Part shown: positions 36,705-47,600 of the stretch, one piece after another
Position numbering within the stretch: position 1 is the stretch's first letter
Layout: each line of letters opens with the position of its first letter
From: Candidatus Aenigmatarchaeota archaeon
GTDB taxonomy: Archaea; Aenigmatarchaeota; Aenigmatarchaeia; QMZP01
DNA: 64,000 nucleotides
Direction of reading: 5' to 3'
NCBI GenBank assembly: GCA_043824495.1
Contig: JBDRSV010000010.1
Span: forward strand, 41,995 to 105,994
Notes under the pieces: model-generated
The model's database searches: none
Seen by the model: the letters and a program-made list of their open reading frames with translations, nothing else
What the model was told of the DNA's origin: nothing
Made by a program: the position numbers and the translations under genes

Positions 36705-37427
36705 TTGATACAGGAATGCGATATGGAACAAATACCGCCAAATTATATGGCATATGATAGAACCATTGTTGTTTTCTCTCCTGATGGCAGATTGCTGCAG
36801 GTAGAGTATGCACGACAGATGGTGAAGAGTGGAAGTCCATCAATAGGCATAGTCTTAAAGGACGCTGTTATTTTAGGTGCAGTGAAAATCTCAATGCCAC
36901 TAGCTATAACGGAATCTTACAAAAAGACACATACTATAGATGACCACATAGCCCTTTCAAGCTCTGGGTCTCTCGCAGACACGAGAGAACTTGTAGAAAT
37001 GGCAAGGGTAAAGGGACAAGTCAATAAAATTACGTATTCAGAACCTATTTCAGTTAGGTCTTTGACTGAGTACATATGTGATAGAAAGCATATGGTAACC
37101 CAATATGCGGGTGTTCGACCATATGGTGTAGGACTTCTAATAGGCGGAATTGATTCGAGTGGTCCAGCGTTATACGAAACAGAGCCATCAGGAACCATGA
37201 TAAAATGGAAAGCACAAGCAATTGGAAAAGAAGGAGAAAAGATAAAAACTGTATTGAATAAGAGTTACAAAGATGGTATGGATCTTAAAGCTGGCTTAGC
37301 TTTGATGACTAAAGCTATATCTGCGGGAGAAAAGAAGAGATTGACCCCAGAAACATTCGAAGTTACGATTATCACAAAAGATGGCGTAAGCAAAATATCA
37401 AAAGAAGAGCTAGCAAAGTTCCTATAA
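36705..37427 (+). CDS. psmA: Proteasome alpha subunit
   Basis: YDRTIVVFSPDGRLLQVEYA and RPYGVGLL motifs. Likely start ATG 36719. Confidence 0.95.
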   Translation: MIQECDMEQIPPNYMAYDRTIVVFSPDGRLLQVEYARQMVKSGSPSIGIVLKDAVILGAVKISMPLAITESYKKTHTIDDHIALSSSGSLADTRELVEMARVKGQVNKITYSEPISVRSLTEYICDRKHMVTQYAGVRPYGVGLLIGGIDSSGPALYETEPSGTMIKWKAQAIGKEGEKIKTVLNKSYKDGMDLKAGLALMTKAISAGEKKRLTPETFEVTIITKDGVSKISKEELAKFL

Positions 37428-37472
37428 AATATCGTATTCTAAGTTAGGTTTAATGAGAATTTAGGTGATTTC

Positions 37473-38174
37473 ATGGTTTCTGTTGACAAGGCAGTTATAA
37501 CAAAAGTAACTAAGGACCACAAGACATTTGAAATACTTGTAGATCCCGACTTAGCTCTAAAGTTCAAGCATGGAGAAGCTGTATCAGTAGAGAACATGCT
37601 TGCTGTTAGAGAAATTTTTTATGACTCTAGAAAAGGTGAAAGAGCCTCAGCAGAGGATCTACAGAAATTTTTTGGCACATTAGATGTGCTAAAAGTAGCA
37701 GAATATATACTAAAACATGGTCAAGTACAATTGACAACCGAACAAAGAAGACAACTTCTGGAAGAAAAAAAGAAGCAGATAGCTGATATTATATGTAAAC
37801 AGGGAGTTGATCCTAAAACAAAGATCCCTCATCCTGTAACTAGAATAATGAATGCGATGGATAATGTTCATGTGAATATTGATGCATTCAAGCCTGCTAG
37901 AGATCAAGTGGAAGCAATTCTCATCAAAATACAGGAAATTCTACCAATAAGCGTAGAAAAAATAGAGATTGTAGTGAAAATACCATTGCAGTATGCAGGT
38001 AAAGCTAGCTCACTCATAAGAACCATGGCTTCTGTTAAAAAAGAAGAATGGAAAGCGGATCACTGGTTGGCCCTAATAGAAATACCAGCCGGAATGCAAT
38101 CTGACATATATGAGAAATTAAATGGTCTAACTTCCGGAAATGTTGAAATAAAGGTGCTTAAGGAGCAACGATAG
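37473..38174 (+). CDS. Ribosome maturation factor SBDS/Sdo1
   Basis: FEILVDP, VFYD-like IFYDSRKGE, QLTTEQRR and PHPVTRI motifs. Confidence 0.95.
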   Translation: MVSVDKAVITKVTKDHKTFEILVDPDLALKFKHGEAVSVENMLAVREIFYDSRKGERASAEDLQKFFGTLDVLKVAEYILKHGQVQLTTEQRRQLLEEKKKQIADIICKQGVDPKTKIPHPVTRIMNAMDNVHVNIDAFKPARDQVEAILIKIQEILPISVEKIEIVVKIPLQYAGKASSLIRTMASVKKEEWKADHWLALIEIPAGMQSDIYEKLNGLTSGNVEIKVLKEQR

Positions 38175-38228
38175 CTTTATATTGTATATAAAAAGATTAA
38201 GAATAATATGATCGAAAGGTGGTAAAAT

Positions 38229-39023
38229 ATGACATTAATGAAAAAAGACAGAGAATTAGCAATACCTGGTGATGAATTGGTTAAATCCATGGATTATTTA
38301 CCAGGAAAAAATTGCTTCAGAGAAGGAGAATCTATAATAACAAAAAGATTAGGTTTAGTATCCGTAGACGGAAGAGTTATTTCTATAATTCCTCTTTCAG
38401 GTGTATACTTACCAAAATACGGAGACATGGTGATAGGTACTGTAGCAGAGATTCAATCATCCGGATGGATAGTTGATATTAATTCTTTGCATCAAGCATA
38501 TCTTCCTTTATCTGGGGTAAAGGAGTTTATAGACACAAAGAGAACCGATTTATCTAAGGTTTATGCAATAGGAGATGTTATCTATTCAAAAATATCTCTT
38601 GTAAATGGAGATTCTGTGCATCTTTCTATGCAGGATACAAGATCTAGGAAATTCACAAGCGGAAGAGTTATTAAAATGAGTTCAGCTAAGGTTCCTAGAC
38701 TAATAGGGAAACAAGGTTCCATGATACGACTAATAAAAGATTCAACTGGATGTCGCATAAATGTAGGACAAAATGGAGCTGTTTGGATAGAAGGAGCAAA
38801 CGATAATACTGTTTTATCTGCAGTTCAACTTATTGAAAAAAATTCACATATAGATGGTTTGACAGACAAGGTTTCAGAATTCCTTGGTAAAACAAAACTA
38901 GAAAAACCTGTAGAAAAGATTGTAGAAAGACCAAACGAAGTGCAGGAAAAAGAACCTACAAAAGAAATCAAGGAAGCAGAACCTGTTTTAACAAAAGGAG
39001 TAGAACATGAAAAGAGAAAATAA
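38229..39023 (+). CDS. rrp4: Exosome RNA-binding cap subunit Rrp4
   Basis: PGD, S1 domain (YLPKYGDMVIG) and KH domain (VPRLIGKQGSM). Confidence 0.93.
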   Translation: MTLMKKDRELAIPGDELVKSMDYLPGKNCFREGESIITKRLGLVSVDGRVISIIPLSGVYLPKYGDMVIGTVAEIQSSGWIVDINSLHQAYLPLSGVKEFIDTKRTDLSKVYAIGDVIYSKISLVNGDSVHLSMQDTRSRKFTSGRVIKMSSAKVPRLIGKQGSMIRLIKDSTGCRINVGQNGAVWIEGANDNTVLSAVQLIEKNSHIDGLTDKVSEFLGKTKLEKPVEKIVERPNEVQEKEPTKEIKEAEPVLTKGVEHEKRK

Positions 39024-39690
39024 TAGAAAAATTGACGAAACAAGACCCATTTATGTAGAAGCGGGCGTCATACCAAATGCTGATGGTTCAGCAATTTTTA
39101 AAATGGGAAGAACAATAGCAATAGCTGCTGTTTATGGTCCAAGACCATTGCACCCAAAACATATGCAAAATCCTAGCAGATGTCTTTTGCAAGCATATTA
39201 CAATATGCTTCCATTCTCTACAACAGAGAGAGTAAGACCTGGTCCTTCTAGAAGAAGCCAGGAAATTTGTAAGGTTACAAGAGAAGCATTAGAACCTGCT
39301 ATATTTTTGGAAGAATTCCCAAAGACTGCAATAAAGGTCTTTATACACATAATCCAAGCAGAAGCAGGAACAAGAACAGCTGGTATTAATGCAGCAAGTG
39401 TTGCTCTTGCAGATGCAGGTATCCCAATGAGGGATCTTGTAGCTTCTTGTGCTGCTGGAAAGATTGAAAATGAATATGTTTTAGATCTTGAAGGTAAAGA
39501 AGAAGATGCAAGTGTATGTGATCTTCCATTGGCTTACATGCCAAGAACAAAGGAAATCACTTTATTTCAATTAGATGGAGACATAACCAAAAAAGACGTC
39601 TCAGAAGTAGCAAAGCTTGCAATTAAAGGATGCGAAGAAATATACAAAAAACAAAAAGAAGCATTAAAGAAAAAATGGATAGGTGAATAA
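39007..39690 (+). CDS. rrp41: Exosome catalytic subunit Rrp41
   Basis: NADGSA, YGPR, GPSRRSQE, GTR and DLEGKEED motifs. Confidence 0.95.
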   Translation: MKRENNRKIDETRPIYVEAGVIPNADGSAIFKMGRTIAIAAVYGPRPLHPKHMQNPSRCLLQAYYNMLPFSTTERVRPGPSRRSQEICKVTREALEPAIFLEEFPKTAIKVFIHIIQAEAGTRTAGINAASVALADAGIPMRDLVASCAAGKIENEYVLDLEGKEEDASVCDLPLAYMPRTKEITLFQLDGDITKKDVSEVAKLAIKGCEEIYKKQKEALKKKWIGE

Positions 39691-40471
39691 TATGGGACTA
39701 CAAGAAAATTATATTTTGACTCTTGCATCTATGAACACAAGAATAGGAAAAAGAGGAGATGAAGAGTTTAGAAAAATAGAAATAGATAAAAATCCAATAG
39801 AAAAGGCAGAAGGTTCTGCTAGAGTTAAAATTGGAAAAACAGACGTTCTGGTTGGAGTAAAACTCGGTGTCGGAGAACCATTCTCAGACAAAGAAGATGA
39901 GGGAATTCTTATGACTGGTGCAGAATTAAATCCTCTTGCATCACTAGATTTCGAATTAGGTCCTCCAAGAGAAGAAGCAATCGAACTAGCTAGAGTAATT
40001 GATCGTGGAATAAGAGAATCACATGCAGTTGACCTGAAAAAACTCTGTATAAGAAAAGGAGAAAAGGTATGGATGGTATTCATCGATATTAATATTCTCA
40101 ACCACGATGGAAATTTGATGGATGCGGCTGGTCTTGCAGCTATAATAGCTCTATCAAACACAAAAATGCTTGAATATAAAGACGATAAGATAGTCTACGA
40201 AAAGAAAAAAGGCGATCTTCCTTTGAATAACAAACCAATATCAATAACATTTGCTAAAATAAGTAGCCCAAAGAATAATGTAAGTAAAATAATTGTGGAT
40301 CCTTCTAGAGACGAAGAGAAAGCGATGACGGGAAGACTAACAGTGACAACAACTGACAAAGGTAACGTATGTGCTATGCAAAAGGGTGGATCAAGCTTTA
40401 CACTGGAAGAAATATACAAAGCAGTAGATATTGCAATCAAAAAGGGACAAGAATTAAGAAAGATGATTTGA
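39683..40471 (+). CDS. rrp42: Exosome subunit Rrp42
   Basis: KAEGSARVKIG, ELARVIDRGIRES, HDGNLMDA and AMQKGG motifs. Confidence 0.95.
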   Translation: MNNMGLQENYILTLASMNTRIGKRGDEEFRKIEIDKNPIEKAEGSARVKIGKTDVLVGVKLGVGEPFSDKEDEGILMTGAELNPLASLDFELGPPREEAIELARVIDRGIRESHAVDLKKLCIRKGEKVWMVFIDINILNHDGNLMDAAGLAAIIALSNTKMLEYKDDKIVYEKKKGDLPLNNKPISITFAKISSPKNNVSKIIVDPSRDEEKAMTGRLTVTTTDKGNVCAMQKGGSSFTLEEIYKAVDIAIKKGQELRKMI

Positions 40472-40478
40472 GGTTAAT

Positions 40479-40694
40479 ATGGCAAAGACAAAAAAAGTCT
40501 TATCAGCAGGGAAGTATGGTGTTCGATACGGAAGAAAAATGAGACAAAAGATAATAAAGGTAGATGTAGATTTCAAAAAGAAACACGCATGCCCTTCTTG
40601 CCTTAAGACTGTGTTAAAAAGAGAATCAAGCGGTATATGGGCCTGTAAAAAATGCGGACTCAAAATGGCAGGTAAAGCATACAAACCTGCTTAA
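40479..40694 (+). CDS. rpl37ae: Ribosomal protein eL43 (L37Ae)
   Basis: GKYGVRYG, CPSC, GIWACKKC motifs. Confidence 0.95.
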   Translation: MAKTKKVLSAGKYGVRYGRKMRQKIIKVDVDFKKKHACPSCLKTVLKRESSGIWACKKCGLKMAGKAYKPA

Positions 40695-40736
40695 TGTTTA
40701 TAAAAACACGAACCAAAATAAAAGAAAGGTGATTAT

Positions 40737-40868
40737 ATGTTTAAGTGCTTACATTGTGGAAAGACGATAGAAACTAGTTCTTCTCAGAAGATTCAATGTA
40801 CTTATTGCGGTTACAGAGTTTTACTGAGAACTAGACAACCTGTTATAAAAAAGGTTAAATCAAGGTGA
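40737..40868 (+). CDS. rpoP: RNA polymerase subunit Rpo12 (P); below the ORF-track length cutoff
   Basis: Manual translation MFKCLHCGKTIETSSSQKIQCTYCGYRVLLRTRQPVIKKVKSR; GGTGA RBS; syntenic position. Confidence 0.9.
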   Translation: MFKCLHCGKTIETSSSQKIQCTYCGYRVLLRTRQPVIKKVKSR

Positions 40869-40872
40869 ATGA

Positions 40873-41199
40873 ATGTTATCAGAACAAGATCAACAGTTAC
40901 TGGCTCAGGCACAGATGTATCAACAACAATTACAAATGTTGGCGTCCCAAAAAGAAAATATAAACATGCAACTAGTAGAAATGAAGAAAGCTCAAGAAGA
41001 ATTGGAAAAAAATAAAGAAAATGAATTATTCAAGGTTGTAGGTCCACTTCTTATCAAAACAGATAACGTAAGCATGAGAAAGGAATTAGCTGAGAAAAAG
41101 GATGTTTTAGAGCTAAGATTGAAAACTTTAGACAAAAACGAGAAAAAGCTTCAAATTACTTTCGAGGAGCTTAGAGAGAAATTATCCAAAAAGCTATAA
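40873..41199 (+). CDS. pfdB: Prefoldin beta subunit
   Basis: QQQLQ coiled coil, FKVVGPLLIK hairpin, LELRLKTL. Confidence 0.92.
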   Translation: MLSEQDQQLLAQAQMYQQQLQMLASQKENINMQLVEMKKAQEELEKNKENELFKVVGPLLIKTDNVSMRKELAEKKDVLELRLKTLDKNEKKLQITFEELREKLSKKL

Positions 41200-41250
41200 G
41201 AATCCATGAGCCCATATATATAATAGGTTAATTTATGACGGAGGGTTGCC

Positions 41251-41499
41251 ATGGAACAAGCAGAACTAGTTTCCATGCTAGATCAAATTATAAAGGACAG
41301 AGGGGTTCCGAGGAATATAAGAGAGACTCTAGAGGAATCCATCCAGATCTTAAATGGCAGCGAATCCATGTCAGAGAAGGTGTCTTACATCATTTCTCTT
41401 CTTGATGACGCTTCAAATGACACTAATCTATCTTCTTATACTAGAATCAATATTTGGAATCTCATTTCTACTTTAGAAAATTTTAAAACTGATATCTGA
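41251..41499 (+). CDS. UPF0147 family protein
   Basis: DRGVPRNIR...LDDASNDTNL...TRINIW. Confidence 0.88.
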   Translation: MEQAELVSMLDQIIKDRGVPRNIRETLEESIQILNGSESMSEKVSYIISLLDDASNDTNLSSYTRINIWNLISTLENFKTDI

Positions 41500-41558
41500 A
41501 TGACAGTTATTTAAATCTTACTTCCAAAAATAATGTAGTTGTATATAGGAGGGGTCAC

Positions 41559-41909
41559 ATGCCATTTGGAAAATTCTTTTCTAGTCGTGAGGAAGAATCA
41601 TTAGAAACCGAAGCAGACAATTATGTTGAAGTAAATGTTATGGATGCAGGAGAAAAAAAAACAGGTAAAATTAGTATACGATTAGAAAAACTTAATGAAT
41701 TTGGTGATACCGAGAGAGTATTAAAAATCGTAAGAGACGGGTCAATTGTTTTCCTAAAAATCAAAGGTTTAAAAGAAAAGGATATGGGAGAACTTAAGAG
41801 AGCTGTTGAGAAAATCAAAAAGACAGTTCTTGCTAACAACGGCGATATTGCTGGTGTTGAAAATGACTGGCTTATTATTTCACCACAGTTCGCAGCTGTA
41901 GAACGATAA
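41559..41909 (+). CDS. sepF: Cell division protein SepF
   Basis: VRDGSIVFL...ELKRAVEKIK...GDIAG...LIISP. Confidence 0.88.
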   Translation: MPFGKFFSSREEESLETEADNYVEVNVMDAGEKKTGKISIRLEKLNEFGDTERVLKIVRDGSIVFLKIKGLKEKDMGELKRAVEKIKKTVLANNGDIAGVENDWLIISPQFAAVER

Positions 41910-41962
41910 TTTTAATGTATTATATAAAAAGCCATCTTATACGAGATGGTTTAATATTTTTT

Positions 41963-43843
41963 TTATCTTAATCTAGTTGTTTCTAGATTCTTTGGAGCCA
42001 CTGTTTCTATTCTGAATATTTTATGCAGGTCTCTTGCAAGTTCTAAGCATCTTTTATTTTCTCCGTGATTTACAAGAACCTTATCAGGTTTGCTTCTTAA
42101 TCTACGGAAGAAGTTGAGTATTTGATTTCTTCCAGCATGACCACTAATACCATGAGCTGTATCGATGTTTAGCTTTAATCCTACGCTCATGTTTCTCCCA
42201 GTCTTATGATTAAAGACAGGTAAGTCTTTCCATCCTTCTTGTATCCTTCTACCAAGGGTACCTTCTGCCTGATATCCTACGAATAACAATGTATTCTTAG
42301 GATCATCTGCTAGTCCTTTTACATATTCTAAAATAGGTCCACCCGTCATCATACCTGATGTGGCTATGATTATTCCAGGTTCTCCTGAATCTATCACGTC
42401 ATTTCTCTCTTTAGGAGCAACTCTATTGAAAACTTCAGATGTGAATGGATTCTTTCCATATCTTAGTATACTCTTCTGAAGATAATGAGACAAATATTCT
42501 GGATAAGCGGTGTGTATAGCTGTTGCGTCCCACAACATACCTTCCATGTGAACAGGATATTTAAGACCGAACTTGTCTAGAATTACCATTATTTCTTGTG
42601 CTCTTCCAACACCAAAGCTTGGAATAATGACCTTGCCGCCCAGTTTTATTCCCTTCTCAATCTTTTCTACGAAGGATTTCTCTGCATCTTGTCTAGAGGG
42701 CATTGTATTATGTGCTCCACCATAAGTGGATTCAATTATCATGGTTTCTATTCTCTGGAAGTCTGTATATGCAGGATCCAAAAGACCAGAATTGGCGTAG
42801 TTAAGATCTCCAGTGTATAACAAGTTATGGAGACCGTCACCAATATGTAAGTGAATCAAAGAACCCCCAAGTAGATGTCCGGATGGCTGTAAAGTTAGTC
42901 TTGCATCAACTGTGATGTCAGAAACTTCACCATAATCAAGAACTATTGAATGCTTCAAAGCCTTTTCAACTGACTTTTTCTGATATGGTGGCTTCTTACC
43001 GTTTTTTTGCATAACATCAATATAATCAAGACAAAGCATAGCCATCAAATCTCTTGTAGGAGCTGTTGAGTATAATGGTCCAGTAAATCCATTTTCATAT
43101 AAGTATGGGATGTAAGATGAGTGGTCTGTGTGAGCATGACTCAATATAATAGCATCTAGAGTGTCCATATTAAACTCTGGAATATTCAAATACGGTGGAT
43201 TTCCTGTTGTTGGGTCAGTTCCACAATCCATGAGTACGTTTGAATTTGATGTTTGAACTAAAATACAGCTTCTTCCTACTTGTCTGAATCCACCCAAAGA
43301 AGTAATTCTTATCCACTCGTTATTTCTCTCTTCTTCAGTCAAGACTCTAGCGTTTATGTCTTGTCCAACTCTGTTCAAGAACTTTTTCCTGTAAGCTATT
43401 TCAGAATGCATCAATCCTCTAACAGCTCTTACAACATCAGATTTTATTGCAGGAGCTCTTTCTATTTTAGGTAGCCATAAAGTTTCTGATTTAATTTTCT
43501 TAAATGTCTCACCATCCCTTCCTATAATCAAACCAGGCTTCTGAGCTTCTATAATAACCTTACCCAACTCAGATTCAAAATAAATTTCTTTGATACCAGC
43601 ACCCTCAGGGACTATTTCCATTATTTTGTCTCTTGCTTTTTCTGGATCAATTGTTATACTTATGTCTGGTCTTATCTCTACTCTTTTCTTAATCAGACGA
43701 ACTATATCTCTAATTGAAGACTCACTTGTTCTGAAAAAATCCTTACTCTTCGTGTATAATACAAGTTCGGAGCCCTCAAACTTCACCTCGGAGATGTTTG
43801 CGTCTGCTGGTAATCTGTCTCTTAATTCTTTTAGAATTGACAT
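41963..43843 (-). CDS. aCPSF1 / FttA beta-CASP ribonuclease with KH domains
   Basis: KH N-terminus, LGGFRQVGRS, SHAHTDH, GHLLG, ESTYG and SGHA motifs. Confidence 0.95.
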   Translation of the reverse strand: MSILKELRDRLPADANISEVKFEGSELVLYTKSKDFFRTSESSIRDIVRLIKKRVEIRPDISITIDPEKARDKIMEIVPEGAGIKEIYFESELGKVIIEAQKPGLIIGRDGETFKKIKSETLWLPKIERAPAIKSDVVRAVRGLMHSEIAYRKKFLNRVGQDINARVLTEEERNNEWIRITSLGGFRQVGRSCILVQTSNSNVLMDCGTDPTTGNPPYLNIPEFNMDTLDAIILSHAHTDHSSYIPYLYENGFTGPLYSTAPTRDLMAMLCLDYIDVMQKNGKKPPYQKKSVEKALKHSIVLDYGEVSDITVDARLTLQPSGHLLGGSLIHLHIGDGLHNLLYTGDLNYANSGLLDPAYTDFQRIETMIIESTYGGAHNTMPSRQDAEKSFVEKIEKGIKLGGKVIIPSFGVGRAQEIMVILDKFGLKYPVHMEGMLWDATAIHTAYPEYLSHYLQKSILRYGKNPFTSEVFNRVAPKERNDVIDSGEPGIIIATSGMMTGGPILEYVKGLADDPKNTLLFVGYQAEGTLGRRIQEGWKDLPVFNHKTGRNMSVGLKLNIDTAHGISGHAGRNQILNFFRRLRSKPDKVLVNHGENKRCLELARDLHKIFRIETVAPKNLETTRLR

Positions 43844-43881
43844 TACAAATTCCTTATTTGGTAAAACATGAATGTTTTACA

Positions 43882-44520
43882 TCATTTTAAAAATGCCTGA
43901 ACTTCTTCATTAGGCACTTTCTTGAGTCCGTTGGAATCTATTACAACAAGATCTATTCCGCTTCCCCCAGATGCTATATCTCTTTGTGTTGCTGAATATA
44001 TAGCCTTGGTGATCATTTCTTTTGTAGCCTCAACAGTCATGTTTCTTTTGTATTTTTCTTCTAGAACACCAAAAGCAAATGGTGAACCAGATCCTGTTGA
44101 GAAGTATTCTTGTTCTTCTGTTATCGAACCTGAAGGATCGAAAGTGAATAATCTTGGAGCGTCGTCAAATCCGCCAACAACAAGTTGTACTATGTATGGA
44201 TAGAATCTTCGTGCATACAAAATGTTTGCTATTAAGGATGCTGCAGCTTTTACGCCAATTCTTTTGTCTTCTTTGAGCTTGTATAGCTTTAGTTCCGCTT
44301 TTAAGTATCTCTCTAAAGCTTGACCATCTCCTTGCATACCTGCCATTGTCATTGCTATATGTTCGTCTAAAGGCAATATCTTTTGTGTGTGCTTATTTGC
44401 AAGTAGATAACCCATTGTGGCCTTTCTTTCCGCACCCAAAACAACCGCGTCTCTGGCTATTACGCCCACAGTTGTAGTGCCTGTTTTTAAATTTTCGATT
44501 TTATGATCCATATTAATCAC
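43882..44520 (-). CDS. psmB: Proteasome beta subunit
   Basis: KTG|TTTVG propeptide junction, GSGS and RDIASGG motifs. Confidence 0.95.
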   Translation of the reverse strand: MINMDHKIENLKTGTTTVGVIARDAVVLGAERKATMGYLLANKHTQKILPLDEHIAMTMAGMQGDGQALERYLKAELKLYKLKEDKRIGVKAAASLIANILYARRFYPYIVQLVVGGFDDAPRLFTFDPSGSITEEQEYFSTGSGSPFAFGVLEEKYKRNMTVEATKEMITKAIYSATQRDIASGGSGIDLVVIDSNGLKKVPNEEVQAFLK

Positions 44521-44662
44521 TTAACTCATAAGTAGAATCAATCATATGACTTATCAGTTATAAAGTCTAATTATAAATTATTCTTTATAAGTCTTTAGTG
44601 GAATATTCTTTATAAATCTTTCTTAAATGTGTTTTTAAATACCTGCGAGCCATAGAGACCAG

Positions 44663-47600
44663 GTGCATATTTTAGTTTGTACTATTAATATAATAAATAC
44701 TATGAAATATGCCATTTTAGTAGGTATTATACTAACCTTGGTAATTTATGCAATCTCTCCTATAACCATCAATAGTCAAGCTTGTTCTGATGGTCAAATT
44801 AAGCCTTGTGGAAGTAATATAGGTGCTTGTTCTTCTGGTTTCCAGACATGTAGCGCCGGCATATGGGGCACATGCGATGGTGGTATAGGTCCAGGAGCAG
44901 AAGTATGTGATGGTCTGGATAACAACTGTGATGGTAAGATAGATGAGAAATTCGATAGAGACGGAGATGGTTATACATCGTGTAGTCAGCCGCAGGATTG
45001 TGATAATGTAAATCCTAAAATAAATCCAGAAGCAAAAGAAACATGCGACGGGGTAGATAACAACTGTAATGGTCTTGTAGATGAAGAATGTCCTTGTGTA
45101 GCTGGAGAAACAAGAGCATGTGGATCTAACATAGGTGCATGTCAATCTGGAGTAAGAATATGTTCAGATGGTCAATGGGGAGCATGCGAGGGTAACATTA
45201 AACCACAAGAAGAAGCATGTAATAGTATAGATGATGACTGCGACGCAGAAACAGATGAAGATGGTGTATGCATTGCATTGGAATGTCAAGACGGAGAAAC
45301 AAGATCATGTGGATCCAACATAGGAATATGTAAAGCTGGGATAAGAACCTGTGTATCAGGAAGCTGGTCTGATTGTACTGAAGACATAAAGCCTCAAGAA
45401 GAGATATGTGATAACCTGGATAATGATTGTGATAGTATTGTAGATGAAGGCTGCAAGCAGCCTTCTCAACCAACGAAACCAACAACGCCAACAAAACCAG
45501 CTGCAGACACGGAAAAAGTTCATCAAGTGGTTTTGGATGAAATATCATCAAAAGCAGAATCCCGGGTGATTGTTAAATTCAAGGAGACACCAAAAAGCCT
45601 GAACATAAAACAAACAGATTTCAAAAACATAAGAACAGTAGACAAATACCAGTCAGGTGTAGTAAACAAAAATGGCCTGGATTCATTGCTGATAGACCCT
45701 GATATAGCTGAAATACTCCCAGATCAGGAAGTTAATCTTCTACTAACAGAGTCTATACCATTGATACACGCAGACCTGCAAAACTATAATCTCGGTCTTA
45801 CAGGATCAGGTCAGACTGTATGCATTCTGGATACAGGTGTTGATTATAATATAATCACAAATTACAAGAGCGGTTACGATTTCATAAACAATGACGATGA
45901 TCCAATGGATGATCACGGACATGGAACACAAGTTGCATATATAATTCAATCAGTAGCTCCTGGCTCTGAGATAATCGCAGCCAAGGTGATAGACAGCTCA
46001 GGAAATGGATACGAAAGCGATGTACTACAAGGTCTGCAATACTGCATAGACCAGGGAGCAGACATAATAAGCTTCAGTATAGGATCAGGAGAATACAGCG
46101 GCTTATGTGATGCAAATCCTGTCGCAGAACTTGTAAACGATGCTGTCAGCCAGGAAATATTCGTAGTAGCTGCAACTGGAAATGATGGCTCAATCAACTT
46201 TAAGGCTCCATCATGCGCTTCTAAAGTTTTGAGTGTTGGTTCAACGAATAAACAAAACATAATTTCTTCATTTTCAAATGTGAGAGAAGATTTGGGAGTG
46301 TTTGCTCCTGGTGTTGATATTGTGACAAAAACAATTGGAGGGGATGATATTAGTTTGTCTGGAACTTCTGCTTCGGTGCCTTTTGTTAGTGGGGCTGCTG
46401 CTCTTGTTTTAGAGAATGAGACTTTAGCCCCTTTGGATTTGAGATATAGGTTTGCAAGTACTGGTTTGCCTATATTGTATAATGAAATTAATATCTCAAG
46501 GCTTGATGTTTATAATGCAGTGCTTAATATTTCTACAATGATTCCTTATGGGGGGGAGTTGAATCAGAGTAATATTATAGAGGTTAATGAGACGAATTTT
46601 ACAACTTTGGCTGTGCCGGTCGTATCTTTAATTCTTCCCGCAGATGAAACTTATTATGGTTCTGCTCTACAGGATGTGCCTTTTCAATGTTATGTTACTG
46701 ACACTGCTGAGGGAGGCGTCCCTGCCGGGATAAATCAAATTTCTCTTTATACAAGTTTTGATGGAGGCGCATATTCTCTTAAAGATACAATTATATTGGC
46801 TCCATTGTTGAGTGATTTACCAAATTATGTTAATAATTCTGACGGGACATTTACTACAAATTACCAACCTCCCAATGGAACTTCGGAGAAAGACACTTTT
46901 CTTTATTGGGCAGGTACCTATGATTTTAGTTCTTCCGATTCTCTTTATGTTGCTGGCGGACAGGCTAAATGGATCTCCCAACCTCTTTTGGAATTTGATT
47001 TGAGCGGCTTTCCTCAGGGAATGGTTGTCCAAAACGCCAACTTGAGAATGGTCAAAAAAAGCGGAACTACTTCGTTTGGTACTCAGATTCGTAGAATTTC
47101 AGACTCCTGGATCAATGGGAATCTTACACAACCATATCCAAGAGATAGTGGTTCTGATTATGCCAGTGGGACGATACCACTTTCAGGAGGAGATGTGGTA
47201 ATTTATGATGTAACTGAATTGGTTCAGGAATGGATTGATGGAACTTATCCTAACTATGGCTTGAAGATCGTGTATACTTATTATACAGGAGTGAGTGCTT
47301 ATTTATATTCTGCTGAGGAAAGCATTGCAAATCGGAGGCCAAAACTTGAAATTACTTATGATGTTGACCCAACATATACTGCAGATTTTCAACTAGATAA
47401 TGTTGTAACAGGGAGCTACAAGTGGTATTGCAGTGCAAAAGATATTGCTGGAGGAAACAGCAATTCGGTTACTCCCTTTGATTTTTATGTTGGGAAATGT
47501 GAAAAAGGAACTGATTGTCCGAGTGGGTTGTGTGTGAATGATAGTCTTGGGGTTGGAAGGTGTGGGGACTCTTGTGATATTTATGACGGGTATGGTTGTA

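Noticed and set aside
44790-45450. CRISPR-like or DNA-level repeats in the 5' part of the giant gene
   Set aside because: These are in-frame protein repeats (CGSNIGAC, CDGxDNNCDG) with synonymous divergence and no spacer structure.
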